From the NCBI RefSeq assembly GCF_022539665.2, contig NC_081331.1, positions 434,001-498,000 of the forward strand: a stretch of DNA of 64,000 nt, written 5' to 3'. The first letter of the stretch is position 1, and the number at the start of each line of letters is the position of its first letter. The DNA comes from Daphnia carinata. Its lineage: Eukaryota. Positions 13,529 to 26,759 of the stretch are shown here, in pieces. Under the pieces are notes generated by a model. That model saw nothing but the letters and a program-made list of their open reading frames with translations, searched no databases and was not told the origin of the DNA. Position numbers and translations under genes: made by a program.

Positions 13529-15692
13529 TTGAAATAGACACGCATCTTCATCGGGTCATCATCTTTTAACACCGTCCGGTCATCCCCCTACCATCTTTTT
13601 TTTTCTTCTATATACCAAAATCATCAAAAAGTGCAGCATCATTTGTGTATACCGTAGTACCTTTATTTTAACAAAAACGTGACTGCTTGCCTAAACAAAA
13701 TGGAAGCAGTCCGTTGAAGCGGCAAAACAATAGATTGTAAACAAATTATATCCTCACATCCAATGAAGCAAAGTGTGTGTGCGGACTTGACCACATTTCT
13801 TGTAAACAGTTTTCGTGAATTCTCTGTTGCTTTTTGCGTGCGACGATACTGCGGTGTAAATGATTATTTGAATGGGAAAAAAGGGATGTGCATTTATAAG
13901 AACGTATTTGTATCGTGACGAAACGAAAATTGTAGACGAACGCCAGTCAACCAGAGCACTCGAAAATGAATAAAAAAAGAAATAAAAATTTATACGCGTG
14001 CCCACGCATATTGTACATATAGAGAAATGTGGCTCAAAAAGAATATTCTTAGTCAGCTGTTTTTCTTTTCGTTTACGTGCTGATGCTTGTTGACAAACGA
14101 AAAAAAGAGTCTATAAATATTCAAATGTTTTTTTTCTTTCTTTAGTTATTGTGGAATTTGATTATTTAGCCCTTTCCGTTGCACTGTGTCGATATAATGC
14201 TGTAAATATATTTTGATTAGTCACCAGAACAGCACACCCCGCGAAAGAGTATTTTGTTTTGAGGTTTGTCCCGTTTGCTATGTGCATTCTAGGCCGCCTA
14301 TACACACACACACACAAATGTCTTTGTATTTTTTTTCTCGAAATTTACATCCGGCCTGCACGTATGGAAGTGCACGATATTAATTTGTGGGACTTTGCTC
14401 CAGACGCGTTACCGTTCTTATGCAAAGTCACGTAACGAGATTGCCGCAGTCGCTTTGACAAAATGAAATACGTAAAGCGTGGCGTCTTCGCCAAAACACA
14501 TAGCTTTGGAATACGTTTTAAAAAGATCAAACGTTTATGTTCCTTTTTTAAAAAATAAAATAAATAAAACATAAGAAAACGTCTGCATTAATGAGGAGAA
14601 ATTTAAAAAGAGGCTGGGTACAAGTGTCATTTTTGGCGCAGTCTAAACAATAGCGTTTAGAAACAGGCGGGCTGGGTCAGCAACAATGTTCGAGAAAATG
14701 AAGCGGCCATCATGGATTTTTTATCCGCCCCTTCCCCTAGTGCTAACGACCTTGGAACAATTGAAAACGAACAGTAAGAAAACCCAAATGGACCGATTGA
14801 AAAAAAAAAAATTTGAATAGGATCTACAATTTGCTGACCCATCCCATTGCACCCTCTTCACGTTAGCAAAGCGCTCAAGGTCTCTATTTAAAAGCAAAAT
14901 AATAAAGAAAGAGTTAAACAAAAAAGTCTACATTCCTACTAACTCTCTAATTCAAAAAACAATTTTCACAACAATCTATTATATAGCTATCGAATGATGC
15001 ATTTAATATTTAATGATGTACACATTGCAAAATATTACACGTTTTCCTACTTGTGCAAGTGGAATTTTTCTTGTTGCCATTTTTGGATTGGCCCTTTGGC
15101 GATGATTTGGCAGTGATTAAATGCATATAAAACACCAAATTGTTTTTTTTTATGGCATCCCAATTTCAACACCCAACACAGCCAACTGTTTATTGGTATG
15201 GAGCAAGTAAGGACTTCCTCGAGTTTGCTAAAAATAAGCAAACCGCAAAGTTAAAGCAATCACGATTGTTCAAGCATGATTGAACGAACTCGCTTGCGGT
15301 GTCTACTTAACCTCCTTCCCTTTGTGATACACGCGTGACTATTTTTTGATCAATAAAATGAAATCTCTGGTATTGATTCAAGAAACCATAAAAAAACCCG
15401 TGACTGGTTCACTGACATGCCACAACACTTAATCATTTATCAGTTGAGCTATAAATAAATTGAAAATGCAACGCAAGGAAGTCAATACATGATTGCTGTT
15501 CCCAATGCCCTGCGTGTTAGGCTTCGAAGATGTGTGCAACGCAGTCACAAGGATCACCAACAACTTGTACCTTTGTGCTTTTCAAAATTTAGCTTTCGAA
15601 AAGTGGAACATTGATTATGCTTCTTTGTATAACGACACGTGTATTAAACGGACTTTGTTCGTTTGTTACGTAAATCAACGCGATAAAAACAA

Positions 15693-16806
15693 TTAAGGAT
15701 TAAGTTCACAGACGGCACCCCAAACACCATCGCAATGGTAACTGGCCCAATGCAGACCGTTGTAACCGATTAACATGCACGTGTAATTTTTGTCGTATTG
15801 ATCGTTGCAAAATGGCTCTGCAATAGGATACCAATTGACATAACCCGGATAGAGATTCGTATTGGTGGCTTCCCAAACCCATCGTCCAAATGTCTTGATA
15901 CAACTCGTCCAAAAATCGCTTCCTATTTTGAATTTAATTTAATTTTTTTAATTAATGATAAAGGCTATAATGATTTGTTCCATTTACCTAAGCCCCACGT
16001 ATCGGAAATGGCCTTGTCTTCTTCGGGAGTCTCGATAGACACTAACAACATACCGTTGTCTTCGCAAAAAGCTTTTTGATCAGTTTGATTCCTCTGTTGA
16101 ATTGAAATATAAATCTCGTAACATTGGACTAAACTGTTATTAAAGTATAACTGACCTTGGTGTAGGAAGCGCAATGGCACGAAACATCATCAACGAGTCG
16201 AGTGCAGTTAGTTTCCAATCCCAAATCGGCAGGACAAATGACGGCCTTTTTACAATTTAAAATTATTGAATAAATTTAAGATGCACATCAAGATCTTAAT
16301 TTTCTACCTTTTGGATTTTCAATTGAATTTGAGTCGTTGGCATTTTCTTGAACCGAATCTCAACTGATGATTGAGTTGTGTAAACGACCGTCTCTTCTTC
16401 CTTGGCATAAATGATTGGAGATGCTGAGCCAAGTCCATCGTGAATCTGACGGTTAAAAAAAGGCCATCAATCATCAGAATAAAACAAATTATTTTTTTTT
16501 CAAAACATTTAAGTACAGTGATATAATCTTGGACTTGTTCGAAGCTTCCGATGTTGACTGCGCTCAGGGCCAAAATGCGATCGGGTTCGGTTTCAATTTT
16601 CCAGACGCAATCGACGTCAGTTGGTGCATCAACGACCGCTGATTTTTCTACAAACATTTCGCCCCCACAAGCTCCTACGTCCATTTAAAACATTGCATGA
16701 AAAACTGTTTAAAAAGAAGAATGATATAAGTTATACCAGCACGGAACGAGACGACATGGCCGATGATGGAACACAAGAGAAATAAAAAGGCAAATCGTTG
16801 ATCCAT
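15693..16806 (-). CDS. Secreted protein with a CUB-like domain and a C-terminal C-type lectin-like domain (~263 aa)
   Basis: Exons 16806-16737, 16674-16517, 16445-16308, 16245-16156, 16093-15988, 15922-15693 (792 nt, in frame). Signal MDQRFAFLFLLCSIIGHVVS; CUB-like CGG...DCVWKI...DYITIHDG; CTLD-like AFCEDNGMLLVSIETPEED, FWTS, WVW, YVNW, C...W...C...AVCE. Confidence 0.8.
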
Positions 16807-16874
16807 TATTTCTTCACTTGTAACCGAATAATTAAAATGATGCGATTGACCGTTTGTTCCCAGGAAGTTTTGTC

Positions 16875-16882
16875 TTTATATA
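16875..16882 (-). promoter_or_regulatory. TATA box of the CUB/C-type lectin gene
   Basis: TATATAAA on the minus strand about 70 nt upstream of the ATG at 16806. Confidence 0.55.
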
Positions 16883-17708
16883 GAGACAATAAAAAAAATG
16901 TGAAGAATATATCTATTAATATTTATCATGTTGTCAGTCACGTTGTTCGTCAACGTGCACGACCCCTCAGAATGTGTGTGCGTAACAAAGCTATATATTC
17001 ATTTCCTGTTCAAAACATCCTGCAGATTAGAAGTGATGGAAAAGGACGTGAACAATATCTTTACGTAAGCTCTGCTCAAACACAATTATATAAGTTGTTA
17101 TTTCGTCAATTCGATGTAGGAAGAAGAGGCAGTTCATTTCATTGAACTAGTCAGATGTTTGTCACACGTAAAAATTAAAACAAATGAAATTGCCAAAAGC
17201 AAAATGATGAGACATAATGTCAATCTTCTCTCTTTATCGCGCTTATTAAAAACAATGACAGTTGTATGTTTTATATAATAGCTCACAAACTCCTGGTTCA
17301 CGTGGAAAGCCTCGTTTGTTTGCCACCACCTGAGACTATATCAGGTGTCAATATATCCCGTGTTCCAATTTCGAAGCGACAAAAACACGTACAGGTGAGT
17401 CAGCAGTTAAAACGGCCATGCCCAGCACCAAAACCAGACGCAGATGCTTGTAAAAATATTTTTTTAAATGTTGTCTATTATTTTTTTAACGGTGTTCTGC
17501 GGTTGTTTCCGAACAGACAACATAAACATTCACGCCAAACAATAAATCATAGCAGCTCTTGCGACTCGAAAATGCGCTACATAACAACGCACGATCGTAT
17601 TGTCTGTCGTATTGTGCGTCATACTCAGCTGATGAGGAGTCTGCGTTGCATCTGGATTGTGTCTGTGGATGTGTTTGCCCACGAAGCGGCAGAAAGAATT
17701 CAGACGTG

Positions 17709-17716
17709 TATATAAG
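17709..17716 (+). promoter_or_regulatory. TATA box of the Pro-rich peptide gene
   Basis: TATATAAG about 80 nt upstream of the ATG at 17794. Confidence 0.55.
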
Positions 17717-17793
17717 GGCGTACACTCTTTCTCGCTGTTTAAATTGGACATTGTATCTCTAGTCGATTAACACGCAACAATCCATACGAGAAA

Positions 17794-18085
17794 ATGAAAT
17801 TTCTTTTCTTCGCCTTGGCTGCCATGGTCACCGTTTCAATGGCGGTAATAATTTTTATTCCGTTTCATTTCGTTTTTTTTTTTTTTTATTAAATTTCTGT
17901 TTGAATTTTGAAAGGCTTTCCAAATGCCACCTCCGCCACCGACTGAATTTCCTCTTTCAACTGGAGGTCCACTTCCGCCTACTGGATCACCAACTGGTGG
18001 CTTACGTCCTCAACCACGTCCTCCAGGTCCTCGTCCAGCCCGTCTCACGCAGAATTTTCTGGACCAGTCCAAAGCCTCAAATTAA
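17794..18085 (+). CDS. Small secreted Pro/Arg-rich peptide (73 aa), absent from the ORF track
   Basis: Exon 17794-17844 encodes signal peptide MKFLFFALAAMVTVSMA. A 70-nt GT-AG intron follows. Exon 17915-18085 encodes AFQMPPPPPTEFPLSTGGPLPPTGSPTGGLRPQPRPPGPRPARLTQNFLDQSKASN*. AAAATG start context, upstream TATA, AATAAA at 18161-18166. Confidence 0.8.
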
Positions 18086-18741
18086 ACAACCCAGTATTTC
18101 GTAAAGCGCATCTTCGATGCATTTTTCTTTATCAATTGTCATTTAATTATTTCACCTAACAATAAATATCGTTTTAAAAGCATTATTGATTTTCATTGTC
18201 CCAAAATCAAATGTTTTTCTCTTATATTTAAAAAGTGGAAACAAAAAGAGGTTTTGATAGCTCAAACCGCCTGAATGTATTTTTCATAGCTAAAGGCAAT
18301 TCAATTTTCTCGACATACAACTGCTATTTGAAAAAAAACCCAAAAACAAAAAACATAACGGAAAAAAAATGAAATCGCATTTTCTGCTATATGCAAAGAA
18401 TCATCGGGAGGTCTTGAACATCTTCCAAACGACAGGACATTTCCTACTTGAAAAAGTGTTTCTGCCGGGGCCATAATCAAGACTCGTATACTTCATTCCT
18501 GTGTAGATATACAGTTATGTTTAGTATAGAGACATGTGTTACTTCATCGGTGACCAAATTGCTGGCCAGAAAGAGAAAAGATGTACCATATAGCTAAACG
18601 GAAAACTAGGTTACGTCACATGTGTGGATACACAAACTGCTTTTCCCCTCTATCCTCGTTGCACACGTTTTCTTTTTCAAAGTGATCAGTATACAACGAA
18701 TAGGAAGAGAGGAAGGACCTTGCAATTCTCTCCTTCACAAA

Positions 18742-19448
18742 ATGAAATTTCCAAGTGCTTTTGTTTTGTTCGTCCTCGGTAAGTTGTTTTTAATTTTTAC
18801 ATACCCTAAAAAGAAAAACACATTCTGAAACTCAAACAATCACATTTTCAATACACAGTTTTGCAAACGGTAGACTGTCAAGTAAGAAATCGTTGGAAAC
18901 GGCCGTTGCAAGCGATCACGTCAAAGTTAAGTGGGCGGCTTTCTGTTTCCAATCCGCAATTGCAATACGTCAATCTGAGCGAGCAGGGCATCCGTCCAAA
19001 TGGGTTTGTCGGTGCGGCTGTTGCCCAAGACGTTGACAGATCAACAAAGCCTAATCATCCGTCAGGGCGACACCATTCAGGTCAACTCATTGACGAAAGT
19101 GGGCATGTTTTTGACGAGTGGGACGAGCCGGAAGTGGTGGGAAACAAAGCCCAGTCGAGGCACTCATCTTTAATAGCCACTCGTGTGATACCGAACGACA
19201 TCAATCACGTGTACAGAAAATCAATGCCGACGGCATCGTTGTACAGGATGCCAATCTACGAGCAAGATTCCTATCTGGAAGCGCTGGAACTGTCGAGACT
19301 TCCGTGTCAAACGCTGGAAGACCCCGACGATTGTTACGATTCGACGCAGCTGCTCCGTCAACGTCCCGTAACTCCGCCCAGCAAAAAATTGTTGGCAACA
19401 ATCAGAATCCTGGTCAACTTCCACAACCATCGTCCTAAACATCAATAG
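18742..19448 (+). CDS. Uncharacterised secreted protein (~208 aa)
   Basis: Exons 18742-18778 (GTAAG donor, phase 1) and 18859-19448 give signal MKFPSAFVLFVLVLQTVDC then QVRNRWKR. No recognisable domain. Confidence 0.7.
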
Positions 19449-22400
19449 TTTTATTATTTATATGCCACCAATCCTATATCTATTTTATACATAAAAGAAA
19501 AAATACACAACCCAAATTCATTGCAAAGCGAATTGAATCAAGAAATTTGTGGACCGGTTCAAAAATTCGATTTTAGTAGATGGAAAAGTTCTCTCAAATG
19601 TTCTACTGACGAGTCTCTACATGTTTTTTATTTACGACTTTGCGGTAACGTGAAACTAGACCTACCGTAAAAAAAGACCCCGCAGCGCTGTAAGATACCG
19701 TTTGACTCATTTTTTTTTTTTAACTACTAGTGTTACCGAAACAAATGGTTAAACGTGTATTGACTCTGTACTGAGCAACCTTTCAAAAAGACATTGTTTT
19801 CGGCTTTAACAAAGGAAAAATCATTTTTGTTTTTGTTGATTGCATTGGAACAAAGTGAGGTCGTTCAGTACCTCGATTGAACTCCTTTTTCTGCATTTTC
19901 TCTTTTGATTTAACTGCTATTTTTAAATACGGAAGTATAAGAAAAAAGAAAATAGGAGGAAGGGGATATTAAAAAATCTGTTTGCACCTAAGGAAAAAGA
20001 AGAAATGTAACTAGGAACTTCCTTCTAATTCATTTGGATCTATTGCTCCGGGTGTTTAAGGTTTTCAACGGTTCTCTATTCTAACCTTCCGATTCAAGAA
20101 CCATTGATTTCCAAATTTCTCCTTCTTCCTGGATAATCTATGTTTCAACAAAATAAAAGAAATAATAAATTATTAAGTGTTTGATTTCTTTCCGAACTGG
20201 AATAAGTGTTAAGGAAGTAAAGTTTCCTATATACACTCTGTGCCACCCAGAGAGACGTTCCAAAACCATACCCAAAAGCAAACAGCAATTTCTCGCTTCA
20301 AACTTGCCGTTATGCAAAAGAAAGGACTGCAAAACTTTCACAACAGACCCCGTTGACACGAGAAAAATAAAAAAGCAATTCAAAGTTGATAAGTTCTTCG
20401 ATAACACATATCAATAGGGAAGTGTATGCAAGAAGCTATTACAAGTTTAAGGGTGGTGCAACGTGATTGCGAATCGTGTCCCTGACGCACTCGCTGTTTC
20501 AAGAACTTGGTGCAATAACGAAATGATGCATAGACGAGCCATCAGGTAGACTGGCTTAACTAGGCTGGAAATCCGGGACAAGTAAGAACAACAAAAAATG
20601 TCTTGCTGTTGGCGATAGCTCAATCTTTTAGTGCGCCTTCTTCACGCGTTATTTACCCTAAAAGGAAGTTGGCCATGCCAAATAACAAACGAATAAACCT
20701 TATTCTGCCAACTGGTGAGCGCTTTTTTTTTCTACCTGATTTGTCCGTCATCAGCGTCACTAATGGGAACGTGATGTGTAAACATCCTAACATTAAATAT
20801 TTTAGATTTAAGACTCCCGTGTGTAACAGCTGATGAGGCAAACGAAGATTTGCGGTAGATCTTGTATCATATAATCATGTTTTCCTTCATGCTCGTTTTT
20901 TAGACTCTTCAGTTTGCCTCACTCCCTACCAGCTTGTACATAATTAAAGGTGAACTGTTTGTCCAGACATGTCTCGGATAATAATCGAAAGATTTCGTGT
21001 TCCGGATCAACAGCAGACCTTATTGAGGCTATATTAAAATTCATGATTGCATCAGTGACAGTTCGTCAGATTGTATTGGCTGTATTGCTATTTTGACGGG
21101 TGACACGACACGTTGTTTGTCGAATGAGGATGGGTAGGAACGTGGGAATTCAGTAGGATGTGGTGACAGACGTGTTTACAAATGAAAATGTCGTTCGATT
21201 GTTTAAAGATGAGCTCAGTTCGTTCACGCATGATTTTGTATCGAAGGAGGTGATCAAGTCTTTACATTTTCAGGAACTATATAGATGGAATAAATAAAGA
21301 AAAGAAAAGGCCTTTTCCGATAGGCCCTGTGCTCGATAGAATGTACTACACGAGGATTGGCAAGAGTCCAATCGATTGATCGGATAAAAAACTTGCCGTT
21401 CGATTTAATGGGTTTTACAACAACGAAATTTAGAAGACATGGTGTGTTACAATAAAAAAAAGAAAAAATTCAAACAGAGATGCCATTTTTCACAAACTTA
21501 AGCTGACATAAAGTCCCCATTGAAATATTGAAGCACAGGATCAATCCTATGGGCAAAAATTGAAACATGCTCTCATGAAAGTAAATAAACTTTTAAATTG
21601 CGCAAATTTGAAAAATAAAGTTTTACCTTCGCAATGATAAAGCCTTGAAGATCAAAACACATCATCATTGCAAGTTACGAGTCGATAAGAACACATATAC
21701 TTTTGTCTTCTTTGAGAATTGACCTTATATACGTTCTGTGTATCCTTCCGATTTTAAAACAAGAGTTGCGCTATCAATAAATCTACACCAGTTATTTATC
21801 GATTTTTAGTTACAACTCTCTGTGTATCTACGATGAGACTTGATTATTCGAACCAGCTGTCCGTTGACGCCACAACTTTGGCTCCTGGTGCTGTGTAACG
21901 TCCATGGCGAAATAAATCGCGTGTTTCACTGCTATAACAAATGATATCCCTGACACGACATGCGGGCGTTGATGCTGCGATAGATGTTACCACAGGTACG
22001 CCAATCTTGCGCATGTTTTCGTTTATTCATAGTAAACTGTGCAGTTATTGCACACGTTATCTAACCTCTGGCTATATAAGGGCTCTGATTGCCTTTGGCA
22101 CGCAGCCTATAACTAGATTTGAATAAGGTGAGCTGAAACTAATAGACTTGTACATGTTTGGTCACGCACAGCGTTCAGCGAACGTCGACATTAAATGGCT
22201 GCGATTTATAAAAACCCAAGGCATTGAATAGAAAGGTCAGCATTTTTGTAAAGAGACGCAACGATTGTGCCTCATACAACAAACAGAAGCAATGTTAACA
22301 TTTGGCTTGGTCCTGGGATGCCACCACATTTAGTTGAATGAAATTATTTATTGTCTAACGAGTACAAAAAAAAAAGACCGAACGCGTATTTCAAAAGCAA

Positions 22401-25400
22401 AATGGGGATTTAAGAGAAAACTTGTGAGAGAGAGAGAGACTGGCGGACAAAAGAAAATGGACGGATGCGATCAGAAACAATACTTGATCGTCATTGAGTA
22501 GGCTATTTATATGATGACGATGATCTAGAAGGATTTATGATGAATGTTATTGCCGGGCTATTCGTGGTTAGATAAGACCCTTGTACAGTTTCCTGGAATC
22601 GAGCCGAAGAACGTTTCGATCCGATGTTCCATTGATCCGGCCGATGCCTCCCACCTAATGGCGGCCAATACACACACACAGACGTCTATACTTCATCCTA
22701 ACGTTAACTACACTCGTATAGGGGCCAAAAAGAATCCATTTCATAAAAGTGGCTCGCATCAATGTCTCTTAGATGCGAAAGCAAATGGCACCACAATTCA
22801 TACGGAGGATGAGCTTTTTGAAGTCGATAGTGTACTAAACTGAGCACATAAAAGATGATCCAACGCTGGTATCACCTTTAAGGTAGTAAGACGTTATAAG
22901 CGTTTCCTTTCTTGTGGTTGCTGTCGTCTTTGATTTCTTAACTTTTCAGACAAAAAAAAAATGTATTCCTCCTCATTGTCCGTTTGGCTGATGACAAACA
23001 AAAGAACAGGTAATGAATCCCCCACAGACCGTTCTTCAACTTGCTTTAATTTTCTTTTTCTTTGCCTTCGACTATAAAACCGACACGTTTTATTGTTTCA
23101 TTCTTGTTTTGTTGTGCCTTTTTTTTTCGTCACTGTCTACCATCAGCACCCAATCTATCGATTTCCCAGTCGATTTATCGACCCGACTATTCATCAACTG
23201 CTGCGCCTTTATTCTTTTTTATTTAACTTCTATTTTCTTTTATCCTAAAGAGGGAACATGTACTTATCCTGCACGACACGTTGCAAAAAAATGTTGTCTT
23301 TTTGCAAATACAAACTCAGCAAAAAAAAAAAAAATGAATTTGTTTAGACGGGGCCCCATCGTGTTATTATACTATACCTATGGTTCTTAACGCACAGGTA
23401 CGGCAATAAAGTTCTAATGCACCTGGTTGAAGTGGTTCGTAAACATTTGCCAATGCAACCAACTGCGTTAATGAATGAATAACATATTGTGGGATGTAAC
23501 AGGTAAATTTCTATTTCGAGATCTCGTTGTGGCTAATGGGAATGGCTGTATGCAAATTTTCGATGTGGGGATGAAACAAATGTTTTTTCTCTTGTTGTAT
23601 ACGTGTGTGATGGCCGTTAATGAGAGCTACGTCTAACAGCGTTTTAGACATGCTACAAATGATAATTTTTAGTCTAGGAGCTTCGTGAGTGTCCTTCATA
23701 AGCAAATTTTCCGTGTATGGCGCACGCCCTGGCCGTGTGCCGCGAGTGGCTTTTTACAAATGTTCGTGACAGAAGCATTATATTATCTGACGTGCAGCTG
23801 ACGGTGACGTATCAAAATAATTAAAAACAAGACCATATCGTGAATTTTTTAAGCGTAGAAAAAAAAACGTTTTGAAATGAATACAATCAATGGAAGGAGG
23901 AAATGAAAACAATTAAGAAACCTACTTCTGGATGACACGCAGGGCGTGGGCGTTTCTAACGCCCCTTGTTGATGGCCGGGCATAAGTTACTTTGTATTGA
24001 TTTGATCCTCATATAAATGTTTTCTAATATGCTAGACTACTACTTTATTCAGTTGGCGTTCAATTGCATAACCTTTTCGATTTCGTTTATTATCACAGCC
24101 TAACAAGGATTTCGCTCTTAATCAACATTGACAGCAAGACAAAATTTCATCTACCATAAGATTGATATTACGTCATTGCTATTACGAATAAATGTCAATC
24201 AATGTGTAATTCATAACATGAAACCATTTCTTTTAAAATGCCCAAATGACACCACTCTGGACATAGGAAGGACTAAATTGATTTAAGTTTCTTTTCCCTT
24301 TTTGGAGTGTCCATCGTTTGGTATTCATTTTTTTTTTCCACTCAATAAATGGACTCTAAGCTTCCCGGCTTCGCGTTCTGTGCGCACAACCATAGCTAAG
24401 AATTATTTGCCGGACAAAGTTTTTTAAGAGAGCCTTGGACTGAAATATAAGGACTCTCCATAGAAAAGTTAGTTGGAGCGGAAGGAGGGAGTGGGAATAG
24501 AAAGTATCAACTTACAACAGAGTTTAAGGCATATCTCCTGAAAAACTTTGCTTGCAGTGCCAGAGCAAAGGACATTTGAGAGACGCAGCACTTGAGGCCG
24601 GGGGGAAAAGAAACTTCAAATATATACCACACCGTTTTCCTTTCATGGCTACCGTGTGCCCGACTATCCAGGATATAAATCCGAACAGCAAATTTAAGGA
24701 TTGATTTCACTCGGAAGTATACACACACAGCTAACATCTAGTATCTCTCCATAGACGGTGGCCCCGTCTCCTTCCAATCGGGGCAATCGTTCGCCCCAGC
24801 TTTCAATTGCTCTCTCAAAATCCATCTTGTATGATTTAGATATAAATGTTTTTCGCCAGAAGTCTTATACAGGACTGTGTAAAGAGCCAACATGTTTAGA
24901 GCAGCTCCCGCTAGATTCCCTGAGACATTACGAGTTGGTGGATGGAAGATATAGCAGCAAAATTTGATGGCCCCCTACGGATAGTTTATTATGAAAGAGC
25001 CAGGAGTTGTATGTTGTTGCGCGCCTTGCATGATAAGATTGATGACTAAGGCTGTAAGCCCCCTAAATAAAGTGCCCAACCTTGCCATAATTTATTGAAT
25101 TAACAAAACTCATTGGACCAGTATGTTTAGGGTATACCTATTCAAACGACTTCCGTTGAAAGCCCCTTTGGACGAATGCATGAACCCTGTAGACCCTGTA
25201 TTATGAAAGAGACGAGAGTCAAAAGACTTGACCTGATTACATAGATATTTAAAAGAAACGTTAAGACGTATAGACGAATGAAGAAGAGGCATTACTTTGT
25301 ATGTGCAATTGTTTCGTGCTTGTTTGTGCACAACAATTGGCTCTATACAAGGAACTAAAATAAGCTCATTGCAGTTGGGAACGAAAAGCAATCAAGCACG

Positions 25401-26743
25401 ATGCCGTGCGACGACTAGTTAATGCGATGCAATCGTATACACGTAGATCTGACAGACAGTTGCATGTCTGTTTACGTAAGTTTTTTTTTCATTTTTCGAT
25501 AACGTATAAAAGACTTTCTGTGGGAATTCAAAATGGGAACTCAAAGTTGCCATTTCATGTAGATGACAACCAATGAAAAGGGAAACTGTTTTTCGACGTG
25601 CACCTTAGCCGTGCATCATTTCGTACTCTAGGGATCCTATTATTCATAATATCTACAATCCATTCTAGAAATAGCTGCAATTTCTACACGCTTCGTGACG
25701 TAATTTAGAGAAAAAAGAAAGGATTTCTGAAGATCAGGATATAGGCCGAGTAGTGCAACATTCAAGTTGAATACATTGTAAGATGGCGTAGGCCTCGATG
25801 AGCCTATTTTCGAATTCTGTATCGTTTTCATGGAAATTTCTCGAGAAGTTCGCAGTTGACTCGAAACTTGAAAGGAGGAAATAACTCCCCGTAGGTTACG
25901 AAACGTTACAAGAGGAAAACCAAGGATAAAACGGAGAAAAAGGAATTATCTTAATGTCGTCGTAACCATAGGATACAGTCGAATGTCACTACATTATATC
26001 AAGTGACAGATCAATAGGGCACGGCTGGCTTGCCGTACAATACGCAGAACAACTGAATTAGGTTATACACTAGTGAGATGTCAGAGGGTTAGATAAAAAG
26101 CGAAAATAAAATGGGAGACAAGTATTGCAACATGAGGGAAGAAGAAAGAAACAAATGATGCCACACACACACACAAGCAAAGGGATGAATCGAAGTATTA
26201 CACAGGGAAAGATTCAAATAATGGGTTTTCAGTGGTACGGCGGGAAACGTGCCAGCTCTTGTTACAGCGCGTGCACAGAAAGAGTCACGATTGAAACCCA
26301 TTCGGCGGGACGGCGAGGAATGCACGCACACGCAACATGGAAAGAAAAGAACGATGTAATTCTAAAAAAACGGACGGAGTTGGACGAGTAAGTTGAGGGT
26401 TGCTAAGCTCCACGCAAAAAGGGAAACGAACCGCACTATCGATCTGGCTTTCGTTTCTATATAATCAATCGAGCGCAAACCGCGGCCCAAAGACGTCATC
26501 AGCGTCATGGTATGAGACCGGAGGCCACTTTACATCCTGCTGTGGACGACAGCGCATTGAAACATTAATAACATTTTCATTGATCATGTCGTTTTCTTAC
26601 AAGGATTTAGGAAAATGGATTGGTTTAGTTATCTAATCATGTTGTATTAGTTGTACAAGTCACTTGTTATTAGATCAGCTTTATTACGTAAAGCCTTTGC
26701 CTAATGGTAAGGCTCAGTGTGTTTCCTAGTAGTTGTTAGGATC

Positions 26744-26759
26744 GCCGCTAGATGGCGTC
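26744..26759 (+). promoter_or_regulatory. Putative CTCF-type insulator motif
   Basis: GCCGCTAGATGGCGTC matches the CCRSYAGRKGGCR CTCF core; motif match only. Confidence 0.4.

Noticed and set aside
14680..14692. DMRT/Dsx-like site GCAACAATGTTCG (similar ones at ~28612 and ~49447)
   Set aside because: Isolated imperfect matches are expected by chance in 64 kb.
24300..25400. Compositionally distinct segment suggesting a transposon remnant
   Set aside because: No terminal repeats, target-site duplication or transposase/RT motif recognised.
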